Assembly: GCA_001784875.1 (NCBI GenBank)
Contig: MFSH01000002.1
Location: 1,220 to 65,219 of the forward strand
DNA: 64,000 nucleotides
Direction: 5' to 3'
DNA from: Candidatus Moranbacteria bacterium RIFOXYB1_FULL_43_19
Lineage (GTDB): Bacteria; Patescibacteriota; Minisyncoccia; Moranbacterales; UBA11712
The notes beneath the pieces are model-generated. The model did not search any database. It had not been told where the DNA came from and saw only the letters and a program-made list of their open reading frames with translations. The position numbers and the translations under genes were made by a program. Below, piece after piece: positions 9,828 through 19,500 of this stretch (position 1 is the stretch's first letter; each line of letters begins with the position of its first letter).

Positions 9828-10385
9828 CTATTCTGCTATTTTCAGGATTTCTCCAAAAACCAGCGGAAACTCGAAATATCCGTTGCCGGCATTGAGATGT
9901 TCCCCATCGGTCACAATAATCAGCTTGGCTTCAAGTTTTTCCCGCAAGATTTCTCCGTGCTCCATCGGAACATATGGGTCGTTGTCGGAATTTATTACAA
10001 TAAAATGCTTCACCGCCCTCTTTATCTTTTTATAATCAAAAGAAGTCTCAAAAAAATTTTCCAACTCCTCGATGCCGATTGACTTTGCGACACCGGCAAC
10101 CAGAATCGCGCCGCCAACTTTTTTGCCGCCGGCAAGAGATTCCAGATAGCGAAGAATTGCTGTCACACCCAAACTATGCCCGACAAGATACGTATTTTCG
10201 TCCGGCTTGCCGATAACTTTCTGCATATGCGAAACCCACTCGCCCATTTTCGGAAAATCAGCATTCGGCATTTGAGGAACAAATATCTCAAATCTCTTTT
10301 TCTCAAGTTCCGACGCGAGCCAGGGGAACCAATTGCTGTCCGGTGTCCCTTCCCAGCCGTGGATGATGAACACTCTTTTTGACAT
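9828..10385 (-). CDS. RBBP9/YdeN-family alpha/beta serine hydrolase
   Basis: IIHGWEG..NWFPW, GHSLG, SDNDPYVP, GEH. Confidence 0.85.
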   Translation of the reverse strand: MSKRVFIIHGWEGTPDSNWFPWLASELEKKRFEIFVPQMPNADFPKMGEWVSHMQKVIGKPDENTYLVGHSLGVTAILRYLESLAGGKKVGGAILVAGVAKSIGIEELENFFETSFDYKKIKRAVKHFIVINSDNDPYVPMEHGEILREKLEAKLIIVTDGEHLNAGNGYFEFPLVFGEILKIAE

Positions 10386-10391
10386 AAATTA

Positions 10392-10994
10392 TCACTTATT
10401 TAACTTTTCAATCGACTTCGCTAAATCTTCAAAATTATGAATGATGATATCCGGTGATCCTTTTCTGAGCCGTGTTGCGCCATGGTATCCCCAAGTGACA
10501 GCGATCGTCGGCACCATGACCTTCTTTGCCTCTTTGAGATCCCCTAAAGAATCTGTCACAAAGATACATTCTTTTGGCTTTAACTTATGCTCCTTAAACA
10601 AAAGTCTGAATTTCTCGACTTTTGATTTGTGCGTTTCTAATCCCAAGACTCTTTGAAAGTATTTCGAAATTCCCGCCATTTTCAAGAATTTCTCAATTCC
10701 CTTCTCGGGACTACTAGAAATAATCGAGAGTTCATATTTTTTTGCCAGATTTTTGATCTGATTTTCGAGAGGAAAAAAATATTTATCGCTTATGCGATCG
10801 TTGTAATTTACACAAAAATATTTGATTTCTTTTTCTGAAAAAGTCAGAACGGGGCTCGCGAAAACATTTCCGTCCAGAAGATCTTTGTATTCTTTTATCG
10901 TAATATCGACCTTTTGTTCCCGATTTATGCCAAAACAAAGATCGAATGTATCCGCAATCACCCCGTCGAAATCGAAAACTATTGCTTTTAGCAT
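10392..10994 (-). CDS. HAD-family phosphatase
   Basis: FDFDGVIAD motif I, TDSLGD, VTWGY. Confidence 0.85.
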   Translation of the reverse strand: MLKAIVFDFDGVIADTFDLCFGINREQKVDITIKEYKDLLDGNVFASPVLTFSEKEIKYFCVNYNDRISDKYFFPLENQIKNLAKKYELSIISSSPEKGIEKFLKMAGISKYFQRVLGLETHKSKVEKFRLLFKEHKLKPKECIFVTDSLGDLKEAKKVMVPTIAVTWGYHGATRLRKGSPDIIIHNFEDLAKSIEKLNK

Positions 10995-11004
10995 AAATAT
11001 AATA

Positions 11005-11032
11005 TAGTACAGTATACTGTATTACTGTACTA
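11005..11032. promoter_or_regulatory. Palindromic operator-like site, copy 1 (upstream of HAD gene)
   Basis: TAGTACAGTATACTGTATTACTGTACTA; 10-bp terminal inverted repeat; 27 bp identical to 11491-11517. Confidence 0.55.
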
Positions 11033-11037
11033 GCTTT

Positions 11038-11463
11038 CTAGTTTTTATCCAGCGCGTTGAGAAGCAGAAAATGAAGCGGATATTTTTTCTTGATCGCCCG
11101 CCATGAAAACGGCACCGCCGGCATATTTTCAACCCGTCGCTTCGCTTCTTTTTTGCTATGTCTTTTTATAATCTCCTTATATCCCCCGAATCCATTGTTC
11201 AGCCATTTTTCAACATGGCTAATGGTGGTTTTGCCAACTTTTAGCTGTTTTCTTATTTCTTCATAATCAAATCCATCCAGAAGCATTTTCGCAATTTGGA
11301 TCCGGCGAGAAATCATCACGACTTCGCTCAAAGTTAAAAGATCTTTGAAAAATTTTTTGACCTCGTCTCTGCCACGCAAAAGAGAAATCATCGAATAAAA
11401 TTCACCCAGAAACTTTTTCTTTTCAAAATCGGATAGTTGATTGTATCTTACTTTCCCCGGCAT
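11038..11463 (-). CDS. TrpR-like (YerC/YecD) HTH protein
   Basis: FFKDLLTLSEVVMISRRIQIAKML..YEEIRKQLKVGKTTISHV..WLNNGFGGY. Confidence 0.85.
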   Translation of the reverse strand: MPGKVRYNQLSDFEKKKFLGEFYSMISLLRGRDEVKKFFKDLLTLSEVVMISRRIQIAKMLLDGFDYEEIRKQLKVGKTTISHVEKWLNNGFGGYKEIIKRHSKKEAKRRVENMPAVPFSWRAIKKKYPLHFLLLNALDKN

Positions 11464-11490
11464 ATTTTTGATTTTGTTTTTTATAAAGTT

Positions 11491-11517
11491 TAGTACAGTA
11501 TACTGTATTACTGTACT
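11491..11517. promoter_or_regulatory. Palindromic operator-like site, copy 2 (upstream of trpR-like gene)
   Basis: TAGTACAGTATACTGTATTACTGTACT, identical to 11005-11031. Confidence 0.55.
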
Positions 11518-11590
11518 GGAAGTAAAGTGCGTTTTCTGCTAAACGGCTTTGAATCATGGATTTCAGCGGGGATTTGAAGAGTTGGAAAAA

Positions 11591-12226
11591 TTATTTTATC
11601 GGGAGCTTTATTTCACGCTTTTCTCGAGTTTCCGCTTCGTATTCCCTCTGCCTTTCAACAAGTTCTTCCCTTGCCAGCGATTTAGCAGATTCGGAATAGA
11701 AGAAATTCTCTTCTTCAATTCTTTTTTCCATTCGATTATAATATTCATGAAATTTCATTTCCCTTCTTCTGATATCGGCCTCGAGACCAATCTTGGAAAA
11801 TCTCCAGAGTTTATCCGCGTCTCTCATGACTCCATCTTCTTTGGAGAAAAATCCTTTTCTGGTATCATGCTGCGAAATTATTTCAAGAATTTTCTTGATT
11901 TGATCCAAAGGATATTCCAGTTTTTCCAATATTTCTTTTGCCAGTTTCACTCCTTCCTTCTGATGTCGAATGCGGACATGCAACATTTCCTCTTTTGTGG
12001 CATTCGAATTAAAAATAATAAATTTTTCTTCTTCAGACAGCTGACTCCAACCAATATCGTGCAAAATCGCCGCGGGAACGACGATATCATCAGCCTCTTT
12101 TTCCAATTTGCAAAGCTTTGTGGCAAATTTTGTGACAATCTCGGCATGGCCCACATCATCTCTTTTATCTTGATACGGGAGCGCCGCATCCCAAATTTTT
12201 TGATATAGTTCTTTTTTGAAATTCAT
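11591..12226 (-). CDS. HD-domain phosphohydrolase
   Basis: H..AAILHDIGW..H..DADKL. Confidence 0.8.
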   Translation of the reverse strand: MNFKKELYQKIWDAALPYQDKRDDVGHAEIVTKFATKLCKLEKEADDIVVPAAILHDIGWSQLSEEEKFIIFNSNATKEEMLHVRIRHQKEGVKLAKEILEKLEYPLDQIKKILEIISQHDTRKGFFSKEDGVMRDADKLWRFSKIGLEADIRRREMKFHEYYNRMEKRIEEENFFYSESAKSLAREELVERQREYEAETREKREIKLPIK

Positions 12227-12228
12227 GG

Positions 12229-13083
12229 CTAAATTATATCTTTTATTAATTCCACTACAAAATCAAACGGCGGGTCGTCGAGAAGCACGACATCGAACAA
12301 TTTTTTGTAATGTTCAAGATTTTCTTCCACTTTTTCATTGAGAAATCCAACTTTTATGATATTTTCCGCGTCGAAGCCATCGCTCATGCCGGCATCTCCG
12401 GCATGATCGCCGAGAAGCAGAATATTTTTCCTGTTTTTTATCCGTTCATGGGCCGGAAATCTGTGAATCGCGGTTTCGTCTTTGTTGTGGCTGTGGATTA
12501 TGGGCTCACGGGCTCGCATCATATATCCTTGAGCGTCCCATTCAAAAGAATTCGCGACAATAAAAACATTCTCAAAGAATTTTCCCCTTTTGTTGAGAAA
12601 TATTTCGATAACTTCTTCACCGATACCGGAGGCAGACATAATCACAAAAGGAATTTGAAAACTGTGAAGATAATCCATGAAATCCTCAACGCCCCGGCGC
12701 AGATTTATCTTTCCCGAAGAGACAACTGTTTCCAGGTCTTTCACGTTGAGTTTTGATTCCCGAAGAAGATCGAACATCTTTGTCCACCACTCATCCATGG
12801 CTTTTTTCCGCTCAGGAAGCGGAATTGAAAGATCAAGCTCGATTGGCATATATTTATCCCTTAGCGCAAGAGCTTTTTCCGGATAATCCGGTGTCAGGCA
12901 ATTTTCTTCGCGAAGAATGGCGATAAGCGACGCTTTTTTCTGACCATCGAAAGTGTTGTGAGTCAGCGTCCGGTCGAAATCAGCCAAAACGTGCAATTTT
13001 TTCGCTCCGCCACGACGAATCGCCTCTTTTTTTCTTTCAAGTTCTTCCGGGTTCGCAATGATGATGTTTTTGTCATTTTTCAT
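12229..13083 (-). CDS. Pyrimidine 5'-nucleotidase (UMPH-1/cN-III-like HAD)
   Basis: LHVLADFDRTLT, MDEWW, MSASG, IHSHNK, LLLGDHAGDAGMSDG, KVGFLN. Confidence 0.8.
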   Translation of the reverse strand: MKNDKNIIIANPEELERKKEAIRRGGAKKLHVLADFDRTLTHNTFDGQKKASLIAILREENCLTPDYPEKALALRDKYMPIELDLSIPLPERKKAMDEWWTKMFDLLRESKLNVKDLETVVSSGKINLRRGVEDFMDYLHSFQIPFVIMSASGIGEEVIEIFLNKRGKFFENVFIVANSFEWDAQGYMMRAREPIIHSHNKDETAIHRFPAHERIKNRKNILLLGDHAGDAGMSDGFDAENIIKVGFLNEKVEENLEHYKKLFDVVLLDDPPFDFVVELIKDII

Positions 13084-13128
13084 GAGTATAATCGAAATTA
13101 ATCATTTCCAAGCGGAAAAATCAAAAAT

Positions 13129-14124
13129 TTATTTTTGAGAAGCCAATTGTCCGCAGGCGGCTTCGATGTCGTTGCCGAAGCGATATCTCTGGGTGGTGAA
13201 AATTCCGGCTTTTTCAAGAATGGCTTTGAATTTTTTTATTTTTTCGGGCGGCGACGCTTTGAAACGCCCAGTTGGATTATATGCGATGAGATTGATCATA
13301 TATAGAGGCCTTCTTAGAAGCTTCACCAGTTCTTTCGCCTGTTCTTCCGAATCATTCACGTCTTTTATCATCACATATTCAAACATCACTTTGCGGTTGG
13401 TATTTTTAATGTATTCATCGACAGCCCTCAATACTTTTTCGAGCGGATATTTTTTATTCACCGGCATGAGTTTTCCCCGCAATTTTTCGTCCGGTGCGTG
13501 AAGCGAAATAGCGAGATTGACTTGGGGAAATTCGCGAGCCAATTTTTCAATTCCTTCAGTGATTCCGGATGTCGAAACGGAAATTTTTCTCGCGCCGATT
13601 CCAAAACAATTATCGTCATTGAGAATTTCAATTGCTCTTTTTAGATTTTCCCAATTCAAAAACGGCTCCCCCATGCCCATGAAGACAACATTAGTTATTT
13701 TTTCGTCCTTATCTTTGAGATGCCGCGCAAAAAACAAGACTTGTTCCACAATTTCCATTGCTGTCAGATTTCTTTTGAACCCCCCGCGCCCGGTTTTGCA
13801 AAACTCGCATCCCAAGAGACAACCCACTTGCGAAGAAACGCAAATCGTGTTGCGCTTGTCTGTATGCTTCATGAGAACAGTTTCGACTAAGAGACCGTCT
13901 TCAAGTCTAATTCTAGCTTTCACTGTTCGTCCGTCTTTTGACGGAAAAACTTCGGCTGAAAATTCAAGCGGCGCTTCCTTTTCCAGTCTTTCCCGAAGGC
14001 TTTTCGGAAGGGTCGTCGCTTCGATCCAGTCCGCGATGAGATCATGAAAAACCGCTTTTTTGACTTGTTTCATGCGAAAATCCGGCTCGGACTCGGCAAT
14101 TTTTTCAAGTTTTTCAATATCCAT
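13129..14124 (-). CDS. rlmN: 23S rRNA m2A2503 / tRNA methyltransferase (radical SAM)
   Basis: CVSSQVGCLLGCEFCKTG, FMGMGEP, AISLHAP, DIEAACGQL. Confidence 0.93.
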   Translation of the reverse strand: MDIEKLEKIAESEPDFRMKQVKKAVFHDLIADWIEATTLPKSLRERLEKEAPLEFSAEVFPSKDGRTVKARIRLEDGLLVETVLMKHTDKRNTICVSSQVGCLLGCEFCKTGRGGFKRNLTAMEIVEQVLFFARHLKDKDEKITNVVFMGMGEPFLNWENLKRAIEILNDDNCFGIGARKISVSTSGITEGIEKLAREFPQVNLAISLHAPDEKLRGKLMPVNKKYPLEKVLRAVDEYIKNTNRKVMFEYVMIKDVNDSEEQAKELVKLLRRPLYMINLIAYNPTGRFKASPPEKIKKFKAILEKAGIFTTQRYRFGNDIEAACGQLASQK

Positions 14125-14190
14125 ATGTAAAATGAAATAAAATCAGCTGTCCCGTGCTATAATAATTATATAAGCATTAAAACGAAAATT

Positions 14191-14586
14191 ATGAAAGGCT
14201 ATGTTGGAAACATAGAGGAAGCGGCAAAAGAGAACGAAAATTTCCGGCAGGTTCTTTATACGGGGAAAAATAGCCAGCTAGTAGTGATGGCTTTGAAGCC
14301 CGGCGAAGAAATCGGAGAAGAAGTCCACACGCTGGATCAGTTTATCCGAATCGAAGCCGGAAAAGGAAAAGCCGTTCTCGCCGGCACCGAACATGAAATT
14401 GAAGACGATTGGGCAATCGTCGTTCCGGCCGGAATGAAGCATAACTTCGTGAATACTGGAGACGAACCGATGAAGCTCTATACTATCTATTCCCCGCCGG
14501 AACACCGCGACGGCGTCGTTCACGCCACAAAAGAAGACGCGATGGCCGATAAAACAGATGAATTTGACGGAAAAACGACGGAATAA
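14191..14586 (+). CDS. Cupin-domain protein
   Basis: EIGEEVH..DQFIRIEAG..VPAGMKHN..KLYTIYSPPEH. Confidence 0.85.
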   Translation: MKGYVGNIEEAAKENENFRQVLYTGKNSQLVVMALKPGEEIGEEVHTLDQFIRIEAGKGKAVLAGTEHEIEDDWAIVVPAGMKHNFVNTGDEPMKLYTIYSPPEHRDGVVHATKEDAMADKTDEFDGKTTE

Positions 14587-14609
14587 CGGAACCAAAACAT
14601 ATCTCCAAC

Positions 14610-14639
14610 AAAAAAGCATCCTTACGGGTGCTTTTTTTT
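14610..14639 (+). terminator. Intrinsic terminator, possibly bidirectional
   Basis: AAAAAAGCATCC-TTAC-GGGTGCTTTTTTTT after the cupin gene. Confidence 0.7.
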
Positions 14640-14690
14640 GGCGGAGACGACCCTCTGAATAATCTCGTATATTTTTTCAATCTTCGCTGG

Positions 14691-14723
14691 GCGGGCTACT
14701 CGGGTCTAGAACCCGCTCTCTTC
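14691..14723 (-). repeat. Degenerate tRNA-Asp 3' fragment (att-like)
   Basis: GCGGGCTACTCGGGTCTAGAACCCGCTCTCTTC vs GCGGGGCCGACGGGACTCGAACCCGCGATCTTC (31436-31468), 24/33 identical ungapped. Confidence 0.6.
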
Positions 14724-14862
14724 AAGCATTCTAGGGCGTTTTTGACGATTCGTCCAGCATAAGGATTTGAGGTGTTCGGGTCTCAATTTTGAAAACAAAA
14801 TGAGACAAATGAGACACAGGACAGCCCGTGTCTTATTTTAGGAAATAAGACAGCAGAGTGTC

Positions 14863-15942
14863 TCATTTTCTAAAGTCTTTTTCAATAAGCTTTCGGAGGT
14901 TTTCTTCGCCTTCTACGCCCCTAAGGCGACCTTGAAGGAATCCAAGGCGGTATCTGACTCCGTCGCTCATTAGACGCCAATTTGTCGGCTTCAGAGCCTT
15001 CTTAAGAAGCCTTTGGAGATCGTGGATACTATCATATTCTTTTCGGCCAGATTTGGCATCCTGCAGGTTAAATCCTAAAATGACATCTTTCTGAAGTTCG
15101 GGTTTTTCAAGTTCAAGTTTTATGTAGCCAGACTTTTCAATCAGTGGGTTGAGTAAATTTTGGATCTCTGGAATAGTGAGTTTTTTTATATTATCAACTG
15201 CGTTATAAAGTTCCTTGTTTTCTTTTTTATCTCTCCAGCTATCCACAATATTTTTCATCTCTTCTATCTGCCTCATAAATTCAGCCCCCTCGTGTTCGGG
15301 AATGCAATATTTCTTTCGATTGGCTTCAAAGTCAGGATCAATTATTTCTTCCTTCTTCTCATCTAAATCCATTCTATCAATTTCAACGTGGCCACACTTC
15401 GAGCAAGTAGATTCCGTGGTAATAATATTGCCTTTTCGGACACTTTTTTCTTGGACTCCTGCTTTACATTTTATGCAAGTCGGCTTGTATTCCCATTCCT
15501 TGCCGTTTTCCCAATAGGATCTGCGCTTACCACATTTCTTGCACTCGAACATAAAAAGGACTTCTTCCTTGCCTTGATGGTTATCCATAAGATCACGAGA
15601 AGTGCAGTTTTCCAAAGGCGAACTGCATCCGAGGCACCGAATTCCTTGTGGCTCTCTGGCATTGGCAAGTTTTTCGTCTGTTGCTTGGTCACGCTTCATC
15701 CATTCTTGAATCGCTTCTGATTTTTTAGAAGCGCAATCAGCTTTCATAATATTAAGAACAAGCTGGACAGCTACATTTTCAAAATATTCCTTTTTAATTT
15801 TTTCCAGCTTTTTTTCTTTGCTTTTTAATTTGGAAATGTCTTTAGGATATTTTGTGTTATCCCAACGCTGGCATTTTTCAATAGTGACCTTATCGTAAAG
15901 CTCACTATAATAAATATAATCTTTAAGATGTTGATACGACAT
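14863..15942 (-). CDS. Hypothetical protein with four CxxC motifs (two putative Zn fingers)
   Basis: CLGC, CKKC, CIKC, CSKC; start overlaps the upstream stop at 15942. Confidence 0.7.
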   Translation of the reverse strand: MSYQHLKDYIYYSELYDKVTIEKCQRWDNTKYPKDISKLKSKEKKLEKIKKEYFENVAVQLVLNIMKADCASKKSEAIQEWMKRDQATDEKLANAREPQGIRCLGCSSPLENCTSRDLMDNHQGKEEVLFMFECKKCGKRRSYWENGKEWEYKPTCIKCKAGVQEKSVRKGNIITTESTCSKCGHVEIDRMDLDEKKEEIIDPDFEANRKKYCIPEHEGAEFMRQIEEMKNIVDSWRDKKENKELYNAVDNIKKLTIPEIQNLLNPLIEKSGYIKLELEKPELQKDVILGFNLQDAKSGRKEYDSIHDLQRLLKKALKPTNWRLMSDGVRYRLGFLQGRLRGVEGEENLRKLIEKDFRK

Positions 15943-16577
15943 TATTGCGTATTAGGAGAATCCGAATTTATTTCAATAAATTTATTAAAAGTAATTGCTT
16001 TCCCGCCTACTGCTTGCACTTTATTTCTAAAAGATTCGTCATTAGAAACTAGGATTAGATTTTTAACAATCGCAGTCTCACCAATGAGCGCATCTTCGAT
16101 ATGTTTTAAATTGCCATTCTGCAATGCTTCAAAATATGTTGTGCCATCTAATTTTGCCTCGCCATCTAATCTAGACACATCCAACACAAAACTTTCCGTT
16201 GGAATCTTAACGCCGTTTCCCCATTTGCATTCATTCCATTTTGAAACGCCCCAAACTGCTGCTTCTGTGGGAATTTTTACTCCATTACCAAACTTGCAAG
16301 CTCCAAATTTAGAAACACCCAGCATATTAGCTTCGGTAGGAATCATTTCTCCATTGAACCTGCTTAATATTAAAAGTAACTGATTTTTCTTTTCTTTTTT
16401 ATCCTCGCCCATAGATTCAATCTCATCTTCCTGAATGTGGGTAATATAATATTTCAAATTTTTCGGCAATAAATTTAAGTCTATTTTATTGTTCAATAGT
16501 TCATCGAATATATTGGTATCAAACATAAACCCTTGTGAGTTTTCTTGTCTTTTTGATTTGGTTTTTATTTTTGTCAT
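15942..16577 (-). CDS. PIN-domain protein with three internal 23-aa repeats
   Basis: FMFDTN, EDALIGETA, LVSND acidic PIN motifs; IPTE at aa 79, 102, 125. Confidence 0.7.
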   Translation of the reverse strand: MTKIKTKSKRQENSQGFMFDTNIFDELLNNKIDLNLLPKNLKYYITHIQEDEIESMGEDKKEKKNQLLLILSRFNGEMIPTEANMLGVSKFGACKFGNGVKIPTEAAVWGVSKWNECKWGNGVKIPTESFVLDVSRLDGEAKLDGTTYFEALQNGNLKHIEDALIGETAIVKNLILVSNDESFRNKVQAVGGKAITFNKFIEINSDSPNTQ

Positions 16578-19500
16578 TTCTTATTTAGATCCCAATATTT
16601 ACTCGGATTTCTATTAAAAAGGTTCTTTATAATCTTCTTGGCATCTTTATCTGATTTGGATAATTCTCTTATGACAGAAACTATTGCATCTGATTCATGT
16701 AAATCTATTTCATTAGGAAAAGAAAAGAATATCTTTGCAACTTCCATAAATTTATCTTTTCCCATTTTTTCACTAATAAGTTCCAGGATCCTCGAATGAT
16801 ACAGTGTAGGATACCATCTCACTTCCGAAAGCTTTCCAGATTTCTTTGTTTGCTCATAGAAAATAGCTTCGTTTTTAAAACATTTAAGAAGCAAATTATA
16901 CCAATTGTTTATATGCTTGGCATCCTTTTCCTGAAGTTTTTTCTCTATGGTTTGGTAGATAAGATTGTATATGTTATGAGCATATTTATCAGTCATAAAA
17001 TCAAGATATTCAAGGGCAAGCTTCTCATATTCATCGACCTTGTTTTCTTTAACCGCAATTTCTCGCATTAGATGTTCGACGGAAGCAGCAAATTTGAAGC
17101 AACTGTCGGGATCTTGTTTCTGCATATCCTTTATTATTTCTTTTATTGCTTTTTTGAACTTCTTGTCGTTAAACTTACCTGGCCCGAGATCGTCATAAAG
17201 TCCCGGCAAACTAAACCTCCACTTTATGTAGGCATCTTTTCTGAATTCAGCAAGGTATATAAACAAGGATGCTGCTTCATCAATCGCTTCTATTGGAAGT
17301 TTTCTTAAATTTGTAACCAATTTCCATGAATCAGCCTCATTCAGTGATCTTATAGGATCAAAAGCATGCAATATACTTTTTGTCATTGCCTTTTGAACAT
17401 TAACTGGCCATGAAACAAGCCTATCCAGTAGATCAAAAGCTATTTTTTCCACTTTCTTTGACATTTTCAATGCTTTCTCTTTGTTATCATCAAAGAAAAG
17501 GGTGTTTCTATCCGAGGGCAAGACAGTCAGTCTGTTTCTTGCGAGTTGTCCGAGAGCAAAACAAGCCATGTGAATAACATAATAATTTTTGTCTTCGGAA
17601 AGTTTTTTTACCAGTTTAATTATTTCATTAAGTTGGCTCCGTCCTTCAAGAATCGGACATTTCATCAATGTCCATCCGCACCATCCCCTGACTGAAGTTA
17701 TTGTGCTTGGTTCTTCTCCCTGCTCAATTTTCTTGTGTTCATTATATTTATCTTCTTTATCATTAGGATCTTCTCCTGAAAGATATGGATCGGGATCATT
17801 AATAAAAACTTTTATAATTCTTATCGCCTTATCTATTTGTTTATGGGCAGCCAATCTCACCGCAAATTGAACGAATGCAGAACGACAACTATCATCATAA
17901 AATCTCTGGTAAATTTTTTTGATATCATTTCCAGTGGATTTTAGATATGGATCTAGGGCATCCTTATAAATTTTATTCAAAAATGTTAAGTCGGTAGCCT
18001 TATCATTTCCTCGGTTATTAAATAGACTATAAGCAAATATTATTTGCTGACTTTTATTTAACCTTTTCTCTCCTTCCAAATCCCTAAGTATTTCGAGCCC
18101 TTTAGAGTAATCTTTATTTAAAATGTCATGGAGTAATCCCGCTACATCGTAAGCACCAAATGCGTCTCCTTTTTCTGATTGGACATATTCACTTTTTAAA
18201 AAAGATTTAAATAATTCAACAGAAAAATCACTATCAACATCCAAAAAAGCTCTAATACTCAAAACAGAATCAATTTCAAGTAAGCGATGTTTATAATAGT
18301 CCGGGCTAGCAAACCATTTTTTTAGCTCCGCTTTTGCTTTAGCATGACCATTCTTTGCAAGATTAGTTATGATCTGCTCTACAAATGGATTTACAGGCAC
18401 TCCATATTTTTTTGTTGTTAACTCAACCAGCCTCCATTTTTTGTCGTCGATTAAGTCACTGCCAACAACTGCTTGATAAATCAAATCAGATTTGTGCGGA
18501 ATGCCTCTCCTAGAGAGGATGAGTTCCTTTAGAATTTCAAATGCTTCTCCAGACGTTTTTTTATCAGCACTGGCATATCTTTTTAATACAATATGATAAA
18601 CAGAACGATTAAGAAAATCTGGTCTTTGTTTTGAAACCGGTTTTGTAATTACTTTATTTTTTGCTTTTTTATCGGTCTTACTCAGGCATCTTTCTTTGAT
18701 AAAATTCCAGCAATCATTTTCATTTTTTGTATAATATTTATCAATAGCATTAGTAAATACATTGACAAAATGACGATCATATACATGATGCGAACCGCTG
18801 AATGATATACCTCCACCAGAATGTTCCCAACCATCAAAGCTTATATTTTTGCTGTATGTTTTATAGAACTTGTCATATTGGTTAACGACTTCCTTAACCA
18901 ACCCTTCGAAACGGTTGAGAAAATCTTTCCCCTTAGTTAATTTATTAATCCAATCAATAAGAATGTCAAAAACTTCCTTGGGTGAGTAATGACTAAATTC
19001 GCTGTCGTCTTCAATAATATTAAAAACATTTATAATCAAACGAAATGTTTTTTCTTCAATATTGGGGTCTCCAATATTATAAATTTTATGCAATAACTTG
19101 CAGATCTGTTCTTTTTCCCATTTTCCATGATCAAAGTCGTTGTCTTTAATATAGAAAAACTGCTGACCATCAAACGTTAATAAATCCTTTACAATAATAA
19201 ATGCATCATCAAGATACTTTTTCCCATTTTTACTATCAATAATTTTTGTAAGTATTTTAATAACATCAACATCAAAGAAATCTGAGCGATAAAAACTTCG
19301 ACTTGTTTTAGTGTATTTTTTTATGTATCCAAGCACATATTTTATATTTTTCTCCGTTTGCAGATTATTTTCAAAAACGTCAAAAATACCAAATGTAAAA
19401 TGATACACCTTATTCAACTGCCATAACTTATCCCATTTTTTTAGATCAAGTTCGGTTCGTGTTTTAAGTCTGTCCATGGCAAACGACATTAAATCCCAAC

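Noticed and set aside
11549-12208. 219-aa plus-strand ORF and the many similar antisense ORFs in the track
   Set aside because: Shadow frames of well-supported minus-strand genes; Phe/Ser-rich, no motifs
16143-16352. PIN repeats as DGR template/variable repeats
   Set aside because: Tandem in-frame repeats differing at many non-adenine positions; no reverse transcriptase in the window
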